64,000 bases of DNA, from positions 40,755-104,754 of the forward strand of contig JAKSOL010000007.1 in assembly GCA_024405635.1 (NCBI GenBank), in the 5' to 3' direction. The notes below the pieces were generated by a model. That model was not told the DNA's origin, ran no database searches, and worked only from the letters and a program-made list of their open reading frames with translations. The number at the start of each line of letters is the position of its first letter. The first letter of the stretch is position 1. Positions 1-12,536 of the stretch are shown piece by piece. This DNA is from Salinivirgaceae bacterium (GTDB taxonomy: Bacteria; Bacteroidota; Bacteroidia; Bacteroidales; SZUA-534). A program made the position numbers and the translations under genes.

Positions 1-48
1 CCAGAAAGAATTAATTGACAGATGTTTAACTAATAAAAATTCAGAATT

Positions 49-396
49 ATGAAGAAAATTGAGGCAATTATTCGTAAGACGAAATTTGAGGAAGTAAAAG
101 ATGCCCTCCTCAATTCGAACATCGACTGGTTTGAGTACTGCCCAGTACATGGTATTGGTCAAAGCCGACAAGAACGCATCTATCGTGGTGTGGTTTACAG
201 CACCGATATGATTGAGCGTATGAAAATTACCATTGTTTGCCGCGACGTGTTGGTTGATGCAACAGTTAAAGTTATTCGCGAAACTGCACACACTGGAAAT
301 GTAGGTGACGGCCGAATCTTTATCTCCGAAGTACTTGACTGCTGGTCAATTCGTACAGGCGACAATGGCGACACAGTACTAAAAGACAAGAAATAA
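49..396 (+). CDS. glnK: P-II family nitrogen regulatory protein
   Basis: 115-aa ORF with a P-II-like N-terminus (MKKIEAII), YRG in the T-loop region and a TG..GDGRIF motif. It lies directly upstream of an Amt transporter, the classic glnK-amtB pairing. Confidence 0.85.
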   Translation: MKKIEAIIRKTKFEEVKDALLNSNIDWFEYCPVHGIGQSRQERIYRGVVYSTDMIERMKITIVCRDVLVDATVKVIRETAHTGNVGDGRIFISEVLDCWSIRTGDNGDTVLKDKK

Positions 397-432
397 CCAT
401 TTGTTTATTAATCATTTAAATGTTTTGAAATT

Positions 433-1689
433 ATGTTAGCAACTATATTACAGGCCGTAGCCGAAAGTGCTATGGTTGAAGAAGCAAAGGACTTTGTAAA
501 CGGTTTGGATACCCTTTGGGTACTGTTGGGCGCTATGCTCGTGTTTTGGATGCAGCCAGGTTTTGCGTTGGTTGAGGCTGGTTTAACTCAAGCCAAAAAC
601 ACCGCCAACATTCTTATGAAGAACTTTATGGACTTTATGGCCGGTACTGTTCTTTATTGGATTCTTGGTTTTTCAATCATGTATGGTGCAGGCAACGCAT
701 TGTTTGGTTGGAGCGGTTTCTTCTTCATTGGCGAAGACAGCAACGTTCCTGCTGAGGCTACTTTCATTTTCCAAACTGTGTTTGCAGCAACCACAGCAAC
801 CATTGTTTCGGGTGCTATGGCTGAGCGTACCAAATTCTCAATGTATGTAATCTACTCAATGCTCATCTCTGCCTTTATTTACCCAATTGAGGGTCACTGG
901 TCATGGGGTGGCGGTTGGATGAGCGAACTTGGTTTCCACGACTTTGCAGGTTCAACTGTAGTTCACCTTTGCGGTGGAGCCTTGGCTTTGGCTGGTGCCA
1001 TTGTACTTGGTCCACGTATTGGCAAATACGACAAAAACGGCAACTCACGCGCTATTCCAGGTCACAACCTAGTGCTTTGCGCTTTGGGCGTGTTCTGCTT
1101 GTGGATTGGTTGGTTTGGTTTCAACCCATGTTCAACTGTTGCTGCAACTGGCTACGCAAATGCAGTGTCAATGTCGCACGTGTTTGTAACTACCAACATG
1201 GCTGCTGCAGTGGGCGGTTTGGTTGCTTTGTTCTACACTTGGATTGTAGAGGGAAAACCAGGTTTGTCAATGGTTTGCAACGGTGTGTTGGCCGGTTTGG
1301 TTGGTATAACTGCAGGTTGCGATTGCGTTGACATTTGGGCAGCTGCAATTATTGGTGGCGTTGTGTCATTGGTAATGTGTATGTCGGTAAGCTTTATCGA
1401 TAAGGTGCTAAAAGTTGACGACCCTGTTGGTGCTGTTTCAGTTCACGGCGTGGGCGGTTTGCTTGGTACCATTCTTACTGGCGTATTCTGCAACACTGAG
1501 GCTTACGGAGTAGAGGCTAGCATTGGCGTTCAAACTCTTGGCGCTGTTGCAGTTGCAGTGTTTGCCTTTGTAGTTGGCATGGTATTGTTCACCATCATTA
1601 AAAAGACCCACGGCTTGCGTTGCGATCGTCGCATCGAGGAAGAAGGTCTTGATGTTTACGAACACGGCGAGTCAGCTTACAACAACTAA
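433..1689 (+). CDS. amtB: ammonium transporter (Amt family)
   Basis: 418-aa polytopic membrane protein with Amt signatures (DFAGSTVVHLCGG, SVHGVGGLLG). It is paired with the P-II gene. Confidence 0.9.
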   Translation: MLATILQAVAESAMVEEAKDFVNGLDTLWVLLGAMLVFWMQPGFALVEAGLTQAKNTANILMKNFMDFMAGTVLYWILGFSIMYGAGNALFGWSGFFFIGEDSNVPAEATFIFQTVFAATTATIVSGAMAERTKFSMYVIYSMLISAFIYPIEGHWSWGGGWMSELGFHDFAGSTVVHLCGGALALAGAIVLGPRIGKYDKNGNSRAIPGHNLVLCALGVFCLWIGWFGFNPCSTVAATGYANAVSMSHVFVTTNMAAAVGGLVALFYTWIVEGKPGLSMVCNGVLAGLVGITAGCDCVDIWAAAIIGGVVSLVMCMSVSFIDKVLKVDDPVGAVSVHGVGGLLGTILTGVFCNTEAYGVEASIGVQTLGAVAVAVFAFVVGMVLFTIIKKTHGLRCDRRIEEEGLDVYEHGESAYNN

Positions 1690-1844
1690 TAACAGATTTG
1701 TTGAGTATCAGTTTTTATGGGGGCGGCCTTAGGGCCGTCTCTATTTTAATTTAACTGATGCTCCATTATAAAAACTGATAATTAAACAAACCGATGTCTT
1801 TGCTGAACAGACATCAATTTAACTAACTAAAAATTTAACGAACG

Positions 1845-3509
1845 ATGTGTGGAATTGTAGGTATTTTCAATATTGAGCAGCAATCAACCGAGCTGCGTAA
1901 CAAGGCGTTAGCCATGTCGGCAAAAATTCGTCACCGTGGTCCCGATTGGAGTGGTATTTACTGCGGTCAACGTTGCATCTTGGCTCACGAGCGCCTTTCA
2001 ATTGTCGATCCTCAAAGTGGTCGCCAACCTTTGTACTCGCCCGACCGCAAACAAGTTTTGGCGGTTAATGGCGAAATTTACAACCATCAAGCTATTCGTG
2101 CTCAATATGCTGGCAAATACGAGTTTCAAACTGGCTCCGACTGCGAAGTTATTCTTGCTCTTTACCGCGAAAAAGGCATCAATTTTCTTGAAGATTTGAA
2201 TGGCATTTTTGCTTTTGCTCTTTACGACGAGGAGCGCGACGAATTTCTTATTGCACGCGACCCAATTGGCGTTATTCCTCTTTACATTGGCAAAGATGCC
2301 GATGGCAAAGTGTATGTTGCCAGCGAGTTAAAAGCTCTTGAGGGCTTTTGCGATAGCTACGAACCTTTCCTTCCGGGCCATTACTATCACAGTGCCGAAG
2401 GTGAACTTAAACGCTGGTGGACTCGCGACTGGTTTGAGTATAATGCAGTAAAAAACAACCCAGCAAGTGTTGCCGAATTGCACGATGCTCTTGAGGCTGC
2501 AGTTAAGCGCCAACTTATGAGCGATGTGCCTTACGGTGTATTGCTATCGGGCGGTTTAGATAGTTCGGTAACTTCGGCTATTGCTAAAAAATTTGCTAGT
2601 AAACGTATTGAGAGTGGCGACAAAACCGAAGCTTGGTGGCCTCAACTTCACTCGTTTGCTGTGGGCCTAAAAGGTGCTCCCGATTTGGCCAAAGCCCGCG
2701 AGGTTGCTAAACACATTGGAACCGTTCATCACGAGATAAACTACACCGTGCAAGAGGGCTTAGACGCCATTCGCGATGTGATTTATTTTATTGAAACATA
2801 CGATGTTACAACCATTCGTGCCAGCACTCCAATGTATTTGCTTGCCCGTGTAATTCGCAGCATGGGTATAAAAATGGTATTGAGTGGCGAGGGTGCCGAC
2901 GAGATTTTTGGCGGTTACCTTTACTTCCACAAAGCTCCAAGTGCCGAAGAGTTCCACAAAGAAACTGTGCGCAAACTTGGTAAACTATATATGTACGACT
3001 GCCTACGTGCCAACAAATCGCTGAGCGCTTGGGGCATCGAAGGTCGCGTGCCTTTCCTCGACAAAGAATTTCTTGATGTTGCAATGCGCCTAAATCCTGA
3101 AGTTAAAATGTGCCCTGGTTCAACCATCGAAAAGAAAATTGTGCGCGAGGCATTTGCCGATATGTTGCCCGAGAGCGTTGCATGGCGTCAAAAAGAGCAA
3201 TTCTCCGACGGCGTAGGCTACAGCTGGATTGATAGCTTGAAAGAACTAACAGCAAGCCAAGTAACCGACGAGCAAATGGCTCATGCTGCCGAGCGTTTCC
3301 CAATAAACCCACCAATGAACAAAGAAGAGTACTACTATCGCAGCATCTTTGAGCAACACTTCCCAAGCGATTCGGCTGCGCGTAGTGTGCCTAGCGAAAA
3401 AAGTGTGGCTTGCTCTACTGCCATCGCTCTTGAGTGGGACGAGGCTTTCAAAAACCTTAACGACCCTAGCGGCCGCGCTGTAAAAGGTGTTCACGAAAGT
3501 GCTTATTAA
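1845..3509 (+). CDS. asnB: asparagine synthase (glutamine-hydrolysing)
   Basis: 554 aa. It has an MCGI Ntn-amidotransferase N-terminus and the SGGLDSS PP-loop motif. Confidence 0.9.
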   Translation: MCGIVGIFNIEQQSTELRNKALAMSAKIRHRGPDWSGIYCGQRCILAHERLSIVDPQSGRQPLYSPDRKQVLAVNGEIYNHQAIRAQYAGKYEFQTGSDCEVILALYREKGINFLEDLNGIFAFALYDEERDEFLIARDPIGVIPLYIGKDADGKVYVASELKALEGFCDSYEPFLPGHYYHSAEGELKRWWTRDWFEYNAVKNNPASVAELHDALEAAVKRQLMSDVPYGVLLSGGLDSSVTSAIAKKFASKRIESGDKTEAWWPQLHSFAVGLKGAPDLAKAREVAKHIGTVHHEINYTVQEGLDAIRDVIYFIETYDVTTIRASTPMYLLARVIRSMGIKMVLSGEGADEIFGGYLYFHKAPSAEEFHKETVRKLGKLYMYDCLRANKSLSAWGIEGRVPFLDKEFLDVAMRLNPEVKMCPGSTIEKKIVREAFADMLPESVAWRQKEQFSDGVGYSWIDSLKELTASQVTDEQMAHAAERFPINPPMNKEEYYYRSIFEQHFPSDSAARSVPSEKSVACSTAIALEWDEAFKNLNDPSGRAVKGVHESAY

Positions 3510-3576
3510 TTTCAGTTAATCGGTTTATAACGAATAACTAACACAAAAAGGTGAAACGTTTAACAAGAAACTGAGT

Positions 3577-4947
3577 ATGGATTCTTTGCACGAAGAATGT
3601 GGCGTTTTTGGCATCTTTGGCGTCGAAAATGCAGCCGAAATGGCCTACTATGGACTTCATGCGTTGCAACATCGTGGTCAAGAGGGTTGCGGCATTGTTG
3701 CTGTCGATTCTAACGGACAACTTAAACGCATTAAAGGCGAAGGGCTTGTTCACGAGGTGTTTAACGAGGATAAAATTGCTAATCTGACTGGCAATATGGC
3801 CATTGGCCACGTGCGTTACTCAACCACAGGTGGCGGTGGCATCGAAAATGTGCAGCCGTTTATGTACATACACAGTACAGGCGATTTTGCCTTAGCTCAT
3901 AATGGCAATCTTGTTAACTACAAGCATCTGCGCGAGCAAATGGAAGAGACTGGTAGTTTGTTCCGCTCGTCAAGCGATAGCGAAATTCTAGCTCATCTTA
4001 TTAAGAAAACAACCACAGGCAAAGACCAACCTCGCATCTATGCTCTTATTGATGCTCTTAACGTAATTGAGGGCGCCTTTGCATTCTTAATAATGACCGC
4101 CAACCGCATTTATGCTTGCCGCGACCGCAACGGTTTACGCCCGCTTGCTATTGGCACTTTGCCCAACGGCGGCTATGTTGTTGCTAGCGAAACATGTGCA
4201 TTCGACACCATTGGTGCCACTTTTTTGCGCGATGTTGAACCTGGCGAAATAGTGTCAATCGACAATCACGGTTTGCGAAGCAATTTCTTCACCCAAAACA
4301 CACGTCATGCCATGTGTGCCATGGAGTTCATATACTTTGCTCGCCCCGATAGCGATATTGACGGCTGCAATGTTCACACGTTTCGCAAAGAGTCGGGCCG
4401 ACGTTTGTTTGCCGAGGCTCCTGCCAATGCCGATATGGTGGTTGGTGTGCCCGACAGTAGTTTGAGCGCTGCTATGGGTTACGCCGAGGCTAGCGGTTTG
4501 CCCTACGAAATGGGGTTGATTAAAAACAAATACATTGCCCGAACCTTTATTCAACCATCGCAAGCGTTGCGCGAAAAAGGTGTTCGCATGAAACTCTCGG
4601 CTGTAAAGTCGGTGGTTAACGGAAAAAGGGTAGTGCTAATCGATGATTCAATTGTGCGAGGTACTACATCGTTGCGTATTGTAAACATGCTTCGCGAGGC
4701 TGGTGCTACCGAGGTTCATGTGCGCATTGCTAGCGCACCATTGCGCAAACCTTGTTTCTATGGCGTCGATATAAGTAACGAAGATGAACTTATTAGCGCT
4801 CGCTTTTCGGTTGACGAGGTTTGCAAAAAAATTGGAGCCGACTCGCTCGCTTTTCTTTCAGAAGATGCAATGAAAGCTAGTGCAAACCGCAACGACATGT
4901 GTTTTGCTTGTTTTAACGGAAAATATCCAACCAATGTTAATGGTTAA
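3577..4947 (+). CDS. purF: amidophosphoribosyltransferase
   Basis: 456 aa. It has a CGVFGI N-terminal nucleophile region and the PRPP-binding motif VVLIDDSIVRGTT. Confidence 0.9.
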   Translation: MDSLHEECGVFGIFGVENAAEMAYYGLHALQHRGQEGCGIVAVDSNGQLKRIKGEGLVHEVFNEDKIANLTGNMAIGHVRYSTTGGGGIENVQPFMYIHSTGDFALAHNGNLVNYKHLREQMEETGSLFRSSSDSEILAHLIKKTTTGKDQPRIYALIDALNVIEGAFAFLIMTANRIYACRDRNGLRPLAIGTLPNGGYVVASETCAFDTIGATFLRDVEPGEIVSIDNHGLRSNFFTQNTRHAMCAMEFIYFARPDSDIDGCNVHTFRKESGRRLFAEAPANADMVVGVPDSSLSAAMGYAEASGLPYEMGLIKNKYIARTFIQPSQALREKGVRMKLSAVKSVVNGKRVVLIDDSIVRGTTSLRIVNMLREAGATEVHVRIASAPLRKPCFYGVDISNEDELISARFSVDEVCKKIGADSLAFLSEDAMKASANRNDMCFACFNGKYPTNVNG

Positions 4948-4995
4948 ATAGCCATTCCCCCAAAAAAAAACGAGAAACGAAAAACGAATAAATAA

Positions 4996-6606
<1,611 letters not shown>

Positions 6607-6629
6607 CCTTATTTTAAGTTTATTAAAAC

Positions 6630-6665
6630 AAAAAATCCCCAAGTTTTGGCTTGGGGATTTTTTTG
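6630..6665. terminator. bidirectional rho-independent terminator between pyrG and the EamA gene
   Basis: Hairpin ATCCCCAAG/CTTGGGGAT flanked by an A-run and a T-run. Confidence 0.7.
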
Positions 6666-6687
6666 TATTGATAGTAAAAATGACTTG

Positions 6688-7614
6688 CTATTCGGTTTTT
6701 ATCAAATCGCTCTTGGCCTTGCTTTTGTTTACCATTATAACACCAACAACAACCAAAATGGCGGCTACCATTTTTTGCCAGTTGAGCGAGTCCATTCCAA
6801 GATAAATGCTCATTACAGCAGCAATTAGTGGTTGCAAATAAGTGTAAAGGCTTACAACGGTTGGCCGCAGACTTTTTTGTCCCACGGGAATAAGAAAATA
6901 GGCCACAAAGGTTGCCATAATAATCAAGTAGGATAGTTCAAGGTAGTAGTTTGTAGGAATGGTTGAGTAATTAACGCTTGCAAGGTCGGTTACACTGAAG
7001 GGCAACGACACTAAAAGCGAAAACAAAAACATCCACTTCATAAACGTAACTACACTGTATTTGGCAATTAGTGGGCGGAAAATGCCAAGGTACATGGCAA
7101 AAAATACGTTGTTGAAAATTAAAAGCACCACGCCCATCGGTTTGGTTTCCGATACACCATTTGAGCCTAGGCTTACGCTGTTGAGTATAAGCATCACCAC
7201 ACCAGCAAAACCAATAATCACGCCGCCTGCTTTTTTCCATGTAATTGGTTCTTTAAGAGCTATGGCGGCCACAATCATTGTAAAAATGGGCACAAGAGGC
7301 GAAATAATTGCAGCATCAAGTGATGTGGTTATGGTTATGCCAACCAAAAAAGTCATTTGGGTAAGAAACAAACCTAACATTGATGCTATGAATATTTTGC
7401 AAAAGTCGGCACGGTCAATTTTTTCTTTTGGCATAAAAACCGAAGCTAACCAAAGTAGCGCACTAGCGCCAAGTGCACGCAAGGTAAACAACCCTATGGG
7501 CGAAATTATGTGCGAGTTGGCAATACCTTTGCACACAATAATGTTGAATCCAAAAATGGCGTATGCCGTAAAGGCTGCAGCGTGGCCAATAAGTTTGTTG
7601 TTGTTTGCGTCCAT
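6688..7614 (-). CDS. EamA/DMT family transporter
   Basis: 308 aa with about 10 predicted TM helices and the two-fold EamA-like architecture. Confidence 0.75.
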   Translation of the reverse strand: MDANNNKLIGHAAAFTAYAIFGFNIIVCKGIANSHIISPIGLFTLRALGASALLWLASVFMPKEKIDRADFCKIFIASMLGLFLTQMTFLVGITITTSLDAAIISPLVPIFTMIVAAIALKEPITWKKAGGVIIGFAGVVMLILNSVSLGSNGVSETKPMGVVLLIFNNVFFAMYLGIFRPLIAKYSVVTFMKWMFLFSLLVSLPFSVTDLASVNYSTIPTNYYLELSYLIIMATFVAYFLIPVGQKSLRPTVVSLYTYLQPLIAAVMSIYLGMDSLNWQKMVAAILVVVGVIMVNKSKAKSDLIKTE

Positions 7615-7634
7615 TCTTTATGTTGTTGTTTGTG

Positions 7635-9737
7635 CTACGAAATGCGGCCCCAATCAAACTCATATCGCCAACGGCGGGTTAATTCGCTTAGCAGAATAGA
7701 GTTGTTGTTATTGGCAAGGGTAGGGTCGTTGTCTAGTACTTGCTCGGCAGCATTTCGGGCAATAATCAAAATTTGGTTGTCGGTGCTAAGGTTGGCAATT
7801 TTCAGGTTAATGTCTAGTCCGCTTTGTTGTGTTCCTTCAAGGTCGCCAGGTCCGCGCAGTTTAAGGTCGGCTTCGGCAATGGCAAAACCGTCGCTTGTTT
7901 GCACCATGGTTTGCAAGCGTTGGCGAGCATCGGTGGTAAGTTTATTGCCCGACATGAGTATGCAGTACGACTGGTCAGCTCCACGGCCTACACGTCCGCG
8001 TAATTGGTGCAGTTGGCTCAAACCAAATCGTTCAGCGCTTTCAATAACCATTACCGAGGCATTTGGCACGTTTACACCTACTTCAATCACTGTGGTTGCT
8101 ATCAGTATATCGGCCTGATGGTTTATGAAGTAGTTCATCGATATGTCTTTGTCGGCTGGTTTCATTTGTCCGTGTACCACGCTTATTGAGTATTGCGGTG
8201 GCGGAAAAGCGCGCAATATGCTTTCAACTCCATCTTCAAGGTACTTGTAGTCGCTCGACTCCGATTCCTTTATCATTGGATACACAATGTAAATCTGTCG
8301 GCCAAGTTTTATTTGGTCGCGCATAAATTGAAATACTTGCAGCCTTTTTGTGTCGAAGAAATGGTAGGTTTTAATTGGTTTTCGGCCTGGTGGCAGTTCG
8401 TCAATTACCGACACGTCGAGGTCGCCATACAGAGTCATTGCCAAGGTGCGAGGAATGGGTGTGGCGGTCATTATAAGCACGTGTGGTGGTGTGTTGTTTT
8501 TCTTCCACAATTTGGCGCGTTGTGCTACTCCAAAACGGTGTTGTTCGTCAATCACTACCATGCCAATGTTGTTAAACACCACGTTGTCTTCAATAAGTGC
8601 GTGAGTTCCAACCACAATTTTTAGTTGTCCTGAAGCTAAATCGTCAAGCAATTTTTTTCGCACCGATTGTTTGGTTGATCCTGTGAGTAATGCTACAGGC
8701 AGTCCCATTGGTTGCAGCAAATCGCAAAACGACTTGTAGTGCTGTGTGGCCAATATTTCGGTTGGTGCCATAATGCAAGCTTGAAAACCGTTGTCAATGG
8801 CCAACAATATGCTCATAAGTGCTACAAGTGTTTTTCCGCTACCAACATCGCCTTGCAGCAAACGGTTCATTTGGTAACCAGTGTTGGTGTCGTGTCTAAT
8901 CTCGTGTAGCACTCGTTTTTGTGCTCCAGTTAGTTCAAACGGAAGGTGCTTTGAGTAAAAGGTGTTAAAATATTCGCCTACAGTGGTAAACCTATGCCCG
9001 CCAAAGGCTTTGGCTCTATGTCCTTTTATTCGTAGCATTTTAAGTTGTATGTAAAACAACTCTTCAAATTTTAATCGAAAACGAGCCCTTTCAAGTTCTG
9101 CTTGGCTTTGTGGAATGTGTATGTTCATTAGCGCATCGCCAAGTTTCATAAGATTTAGTTGCTCAATAATGTAGGCGGGTAAAGTTTCGTGTATCGAGCC
9201 TTTTATTTGTTGGTGTAGAGCTATTTGAATGTTGTGAATGGTGCGCGATGTTACATTGCGCGTTTTCATTTTTTCGGTAGTGTTATATAGTGGCAATAGC
9301 GCTGCCGATAGGTTTTGTTTGTGCTTGTCCATTGTCTCCATTTCGGGGTGAACAATGTTCAAGTTGCGGTTAAATTCGCTAGGCTTACCAAACACCACAT
9401 ATTCCTCGTTCAGTTTTAGCGACGAGCGTATCCATTTAATTCCGCGAAACCATACCAACTGAATCAGTCCTGTTTCGTCGGCAAAATAGGCTATCATTCG
9501 CTGTTGACGGCCTTCGCCAATAACATCAACTTTGGTAATTCGGCCTTTAATCTGAACCCAACCAAGTTGCTCGTTTAATTGGTTAATGGGGTAGTATCGA
9601 GTGCGGTCAAGATGTCGGTACGGAAAGTAATACAACATGTCGCGAACTGTTTTTATGTTCAGTTCGGTTGCTAAAATGTTGGCTCGTTCGGTTCCAACAC
9701 CTTTTAGGTACGTTATGTTGTCGTCAAGGTTTAGCAA
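7635..9737 (-). CDS. recG: ATP-dependent DNA helicase RecG
   Basis: 700 aa. It has Walker A GDVGSGKT, DEQHRFG, and SF2 helicase motifs, with an N-terminal wedge-domain-length region. Confidence 0.9.
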   Translation of the reverse strand: MLNLDDNITYLKGVGTERANILATELNIKTVRDMLYYFPYRHLDRTRYYPINQLNEQLGWVQIKGRITKVDVIGEGRQQRMIAYFADETGLIQLVWFRGIKWIRSSLKLNEEYVVFGKPSEFNRNLNIVHPEMETMDKHKQNLSAALLPLYNTTEKMKTRNVTSRTIHNIQIALHQQIKGSIHETLPAYIIEQLNLMKLGDALMNIHIPQSQAELERARFRLKFEELFYIQLKMLRIKGHRAKAFGGHRFTTVGEYFNTFYSKHLPFELTGAQKRVLHEIRHDTNTGYQMNRLLQGDVGSGKTLVALMSILLAIDNGFQACIMAPTEILATQHYKSFCDLLQPMGLPVALLTGSTKQSVRKKLLDDLASGQLKIVVGTHALIEDNVVFNNIGMVVIDEQHRFGVAQRAKLWKKNNTPPHVLIMTATPIPRTLAMTLYGDLDVSVIDELPPGRKPIKTYHFFDTKRLQVFQFMRDQIKLGRQIYIVYPMIKESESSDYKYLEDGVESILRAFPPPQYSISVVHGQMKPADKDISMNYFINHQADILIATTVIEVGVNVPNASVMVIESAERFGLSQLHQLRGRVGRGADQSYCILMSGNKLTTDARQRLQTMVQTSDGFAIAEADLKLRGPGDLEGTQQSGLDINLKIANLSTDNQILIIARNAAEQVLDNDPTLANNNNSILLSELTRRWRYEFDWGRIS

Positions 9738-9752
9738 TGTGTTACCGTTTAA

Positions 9753-12449
9753 CTAAAAGTTGTCGTACCAGCTACGGCTCTTGTTGTATTTCAAGTCTTG
9801 CAAAACGGCCGATTTTACGTTAATGCTGAAACTATAGCTTTGGCGGGCTCCAAATGGAACCAATCGAACCGAAGCAACCCAGCAGTGCAAGTCGCGCGAT
9901 ATTGACATACTTGTATGTGTGAATTGTTTTGTGTCGAAATCGAAACCTGAATTCAAACCAATTTTCCATTTTGGAGTTAGGCTTAAGTCGCCGTTAAAAC
10001 TTAATGTTTGGCTAATTTTTTGCGACAAACCTTGGTTGGTGTATGTCAGGCTATAGTTTAACGACAAGCTCCAAGGCACATTAAAGTAGTCGTACTCGCG
10101 CAATTCGTCGCTCACGCCATCGCTGTGGTCTGCATCAATGTTTTTGGTTTCTTCGTCTTTGTTCTTTTCTGCTCGTTTTTTCGCTATGTCTTTCGAATTG
10201 AATTGATAACTGGTTGATAGCGAAGCTCGTGTTATGCGGAAAGGTTTGCCAGTAACGTCGTATTCAAATTTATCGATGCGCTTGCCCAAGTCGTCAAGTG
10301 CATAAAGGTCGCCTGTTGCATTAAAGTTTACGTTCAGTGTTTTAAACAATTTTGTGCGGCCTGTCATCGATATGTTGCTCCATTTGAATTGCTCGGCTAG
10401 CATATTGTAAGAGGTTGAAAAATTCAACGCATCAAAAATTACCACTTTGCGAGTTTGTGTTATTGTGTCTTTTAAGTCGCGCACTTTCATTTCAACTCGG
10501 TTGCCTAACGAGAACGAGAACGAACTTGTTTTTCCTTTGCCCGGTACTCCGTAAACAGCGTTCTTAAATATCGAATAACGCTTGCTAATGTCGTTTGCAT
10601 AAGCAGGGCAAGGGTCGCTGCGGTAGTATCCAAATTGATTGGTGCTAAAATCGGGTTTGTAACTATACGATATGCTTGGAGTCATTACGTGGCGCAATGC
10701 CAATATCGGTCCAATTTTGTATTGGTACATGCCATACAATGTGGTATTTACGCCTAACGATACGCCATACTCGTGCAACCATTTAAACTGATTGTGTTCT
10801 ACTTCTTTGTAATGGTAGTCGTATACTTTTTTGTTTGCGCTCGATCTTGCCTCGTTGAGTGTTGAATCGACAAATACTTTTTCGGTGTATTTCCAATACC
10901 ATCGGCCTGTGTAGTTCACACCAGGCGACACACTTAGGTATTTAAGCACCTTAAACGATTTGCTTATGGTTGGTTTGTGTTGTGCTCCGTATATAAACTT
11001 GTCTTTGGTTGATGGCGCAAACAAACTATCGATGTGTGTTTTTACCGAATTTTTGAACGATCCTGAGTACGATATGCCAATGTCTTCGTACCAACGTTGT
11101 TTGCCAACTGCATTTTTACGTTTAAATGGTTGAATGCGGCGCATCGATAGCGACAAATTAGGCAGTGTTAGGCTCAAACTTGAGTCGCGTGTGTTTTGTG
11201 TGTGCAACACGTTTATTGATGCATTAAACGGCGAGTTCCAAATACTATTCATTTGGTACGATATGCTCGACGATGTGGTGTTGGTTAAGTAATCGGACGA
11301 CGATGTTGAAACCTTTTTGTTGTACTCGCTGCTCGAAAAGTTTACGTTGGCGCTAAAGGTTGTGTTTGGTCGGAATTTTGGGTCTTGTGTGTGTGTCCAA
11401 GTTAGTTTGTACGATGTTCCTTCGCTGTAGTCGCTTAAGCCTTTTTCGCCTGTTACGGTTTTGGCGTATGTAAACGACATGTTGCCCGAGAATTTGTATC
11501 TCACTTTGTATCGGGTTGTTGAAGTTGCGTTCCACGAGCCTTTTGAGTAAACGCTACCACGAACAGTAAAATCAAAGTAATCGTTAATGGCCAAATAATA
11601 ACCACCGTCTGATAGGTAGAAACCACGGTTGCGCTCTTCGCCTACACGTGGCATTATAAAGCCCGATGTTCGTTTTTTGGTAATGGGGAAGTAACCAAAC
11701 GGCAATGCCAATGGAAGCGGTATGTCGGCCATAACCATATATGCGGGTCCCGACACTATGGCTTTGTCGGGTATAACTTTTCCTTTTGTTAGCATCAGGT
11801 AAAAGTGTGGGTCTTCCAACTCGCAAGTAGTGTATTTTCCGTGCAGAATGTTAATTGAGTTGTCGGCTTCTTTTTTTGTGAGTTGGCTGTGCAAATAGCC
11901 ATCTTGTTGTTCGCTATATAGGTTTTCAATGTAGCCGCGCTGTGTGTTTACGTTGTAGGTCAGCGTTTTAGCTTTCATTTCTTCATTTCCTTGTTTAAAT
12001 ACAGGAGCGCCAGTAACGTTGCCAGTGCTATCGGCAACTCCTTCGGCATACACAATGCCTTGGTCCATATCGGCCTCAATGTATGCGGCGGTAAGGTTAA
12101 TGTCGTCAAACTGAATTTCGGCATCGCCATAAAGGTAAACCTTGCCACCATCGAGCGAAAAAATGGTAGAGTCTTTGGCTGAGGTTGAAATGGTTGATTT
12201 GAATAGCGGCTTTTTATTTTTTTGAGCAGAATCGTTGGCTGCAATAGCAGATTTGCTCGCATCATTAGCTGGTTTTGATTGAAACTCGCTGCGAGTTTCT
12301 GTCGTTGCTATGTGCGATGCAGTGTCGGCTTTTGCAGTTGTAGTGTCTGTTGCCGGTTTATTATTGTTATTTTCAGCAGTTTGTCCCGATGCACTTGTTG
12401 CGCACATCAGTAAAACCAACACCGCTGAGAATATTCCTTTTGCTTTCAA
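9753..12449 (-). CDS. large outer-membrane protein, LptD-like (putative LPS assembly protein)
   Basis: 898 aa with a signal peptide, an OstA-like N-terminal region (GKVYLYGDAEIQFDDINLTA) and a long beta-rich C-terminus ending in an aromatic residue. Confidence 0.5.
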   Translation of the reverse strand: MKAKGIFSAVLVLLMCATSASGQTAENNNNKPATDTTTAKADTASHIATTETRSEFQSKPANDASKSAIAANDSAQKNKKPLFKSTISTSAKDSTIFSLDGGKVYLYGDAEIQFDDINLTAAYIEADMDQGIVYAEGVADSTGNVTGAPVFKQGNEEMKAKTLTYNVNTQRGYIENLYSEQQDGYLHSQLTKKEADNSINILHGKYTTCELEDPHFYLMLTKGKVIPDKAIVSGPAYMVMADIPLPLALPFGYFPITKKRTSGFIMPRVGEERNRGFYLSDGGYYLAINDYFDFTVRGSVYSKGSWNATSTTRYKVRYKFSGNMSFTYAKTVTGEKGLSDYSEGTSYKLTWTHTQDPKFRPNTTFSANVNFSSSEYNKKVSTSSSDYLTNTTSSSISYQMNSIWNSPFNASINVLHTQNTRDSSLSLTLPNLSLSMRRIQPFKRKNAVGKQRWYEDIGISYSGSFKNSVKTHIDSLFAPSTKDKFIYGAQHKPTISKSFKVLKYLSVSPGVNYTGRWYWKYTEKVFVDSTLNEARSSANKKVYDYHYKEVEHNQFKWLHEYGVSLGVNTTLYGMYQYKIGPILALRHVMTPSISYSYKPDFSTNQFGYYRSDPCPAYANDISKRYSIFKNAVYGVPGKGKTSSFSFSLGNRVEMKVRDLKDTITQTRKVVIFDALNFSTSYNMLAEQFKWSNISMTGRTKLFKTLNVNFNATGDLYALDDLGKRIDKFEYDVTGKPFRITRASLSTSYQFNSKDIAKKRAEKNKDEETKNIDADHSDGVSDELREYDYFNVPWSLSLNYSLTYTNQGLSQKISQTLSFNGDLSLTPKWKIGLNSGFDFDTKQFTHTSMSISRDLHCWVASVRLVPFGARQSYSFSINVKSAVLQDLKYNKSRSWYDNF

Positions 12450-12536
12450 ATCAAATAGATTGTACTACTTTTGTTAACCAAAAAATGGCAAAAAAATTGC
12501 CGTCAAAACTAATCAAAATTAAAGAGCCATTAAAGC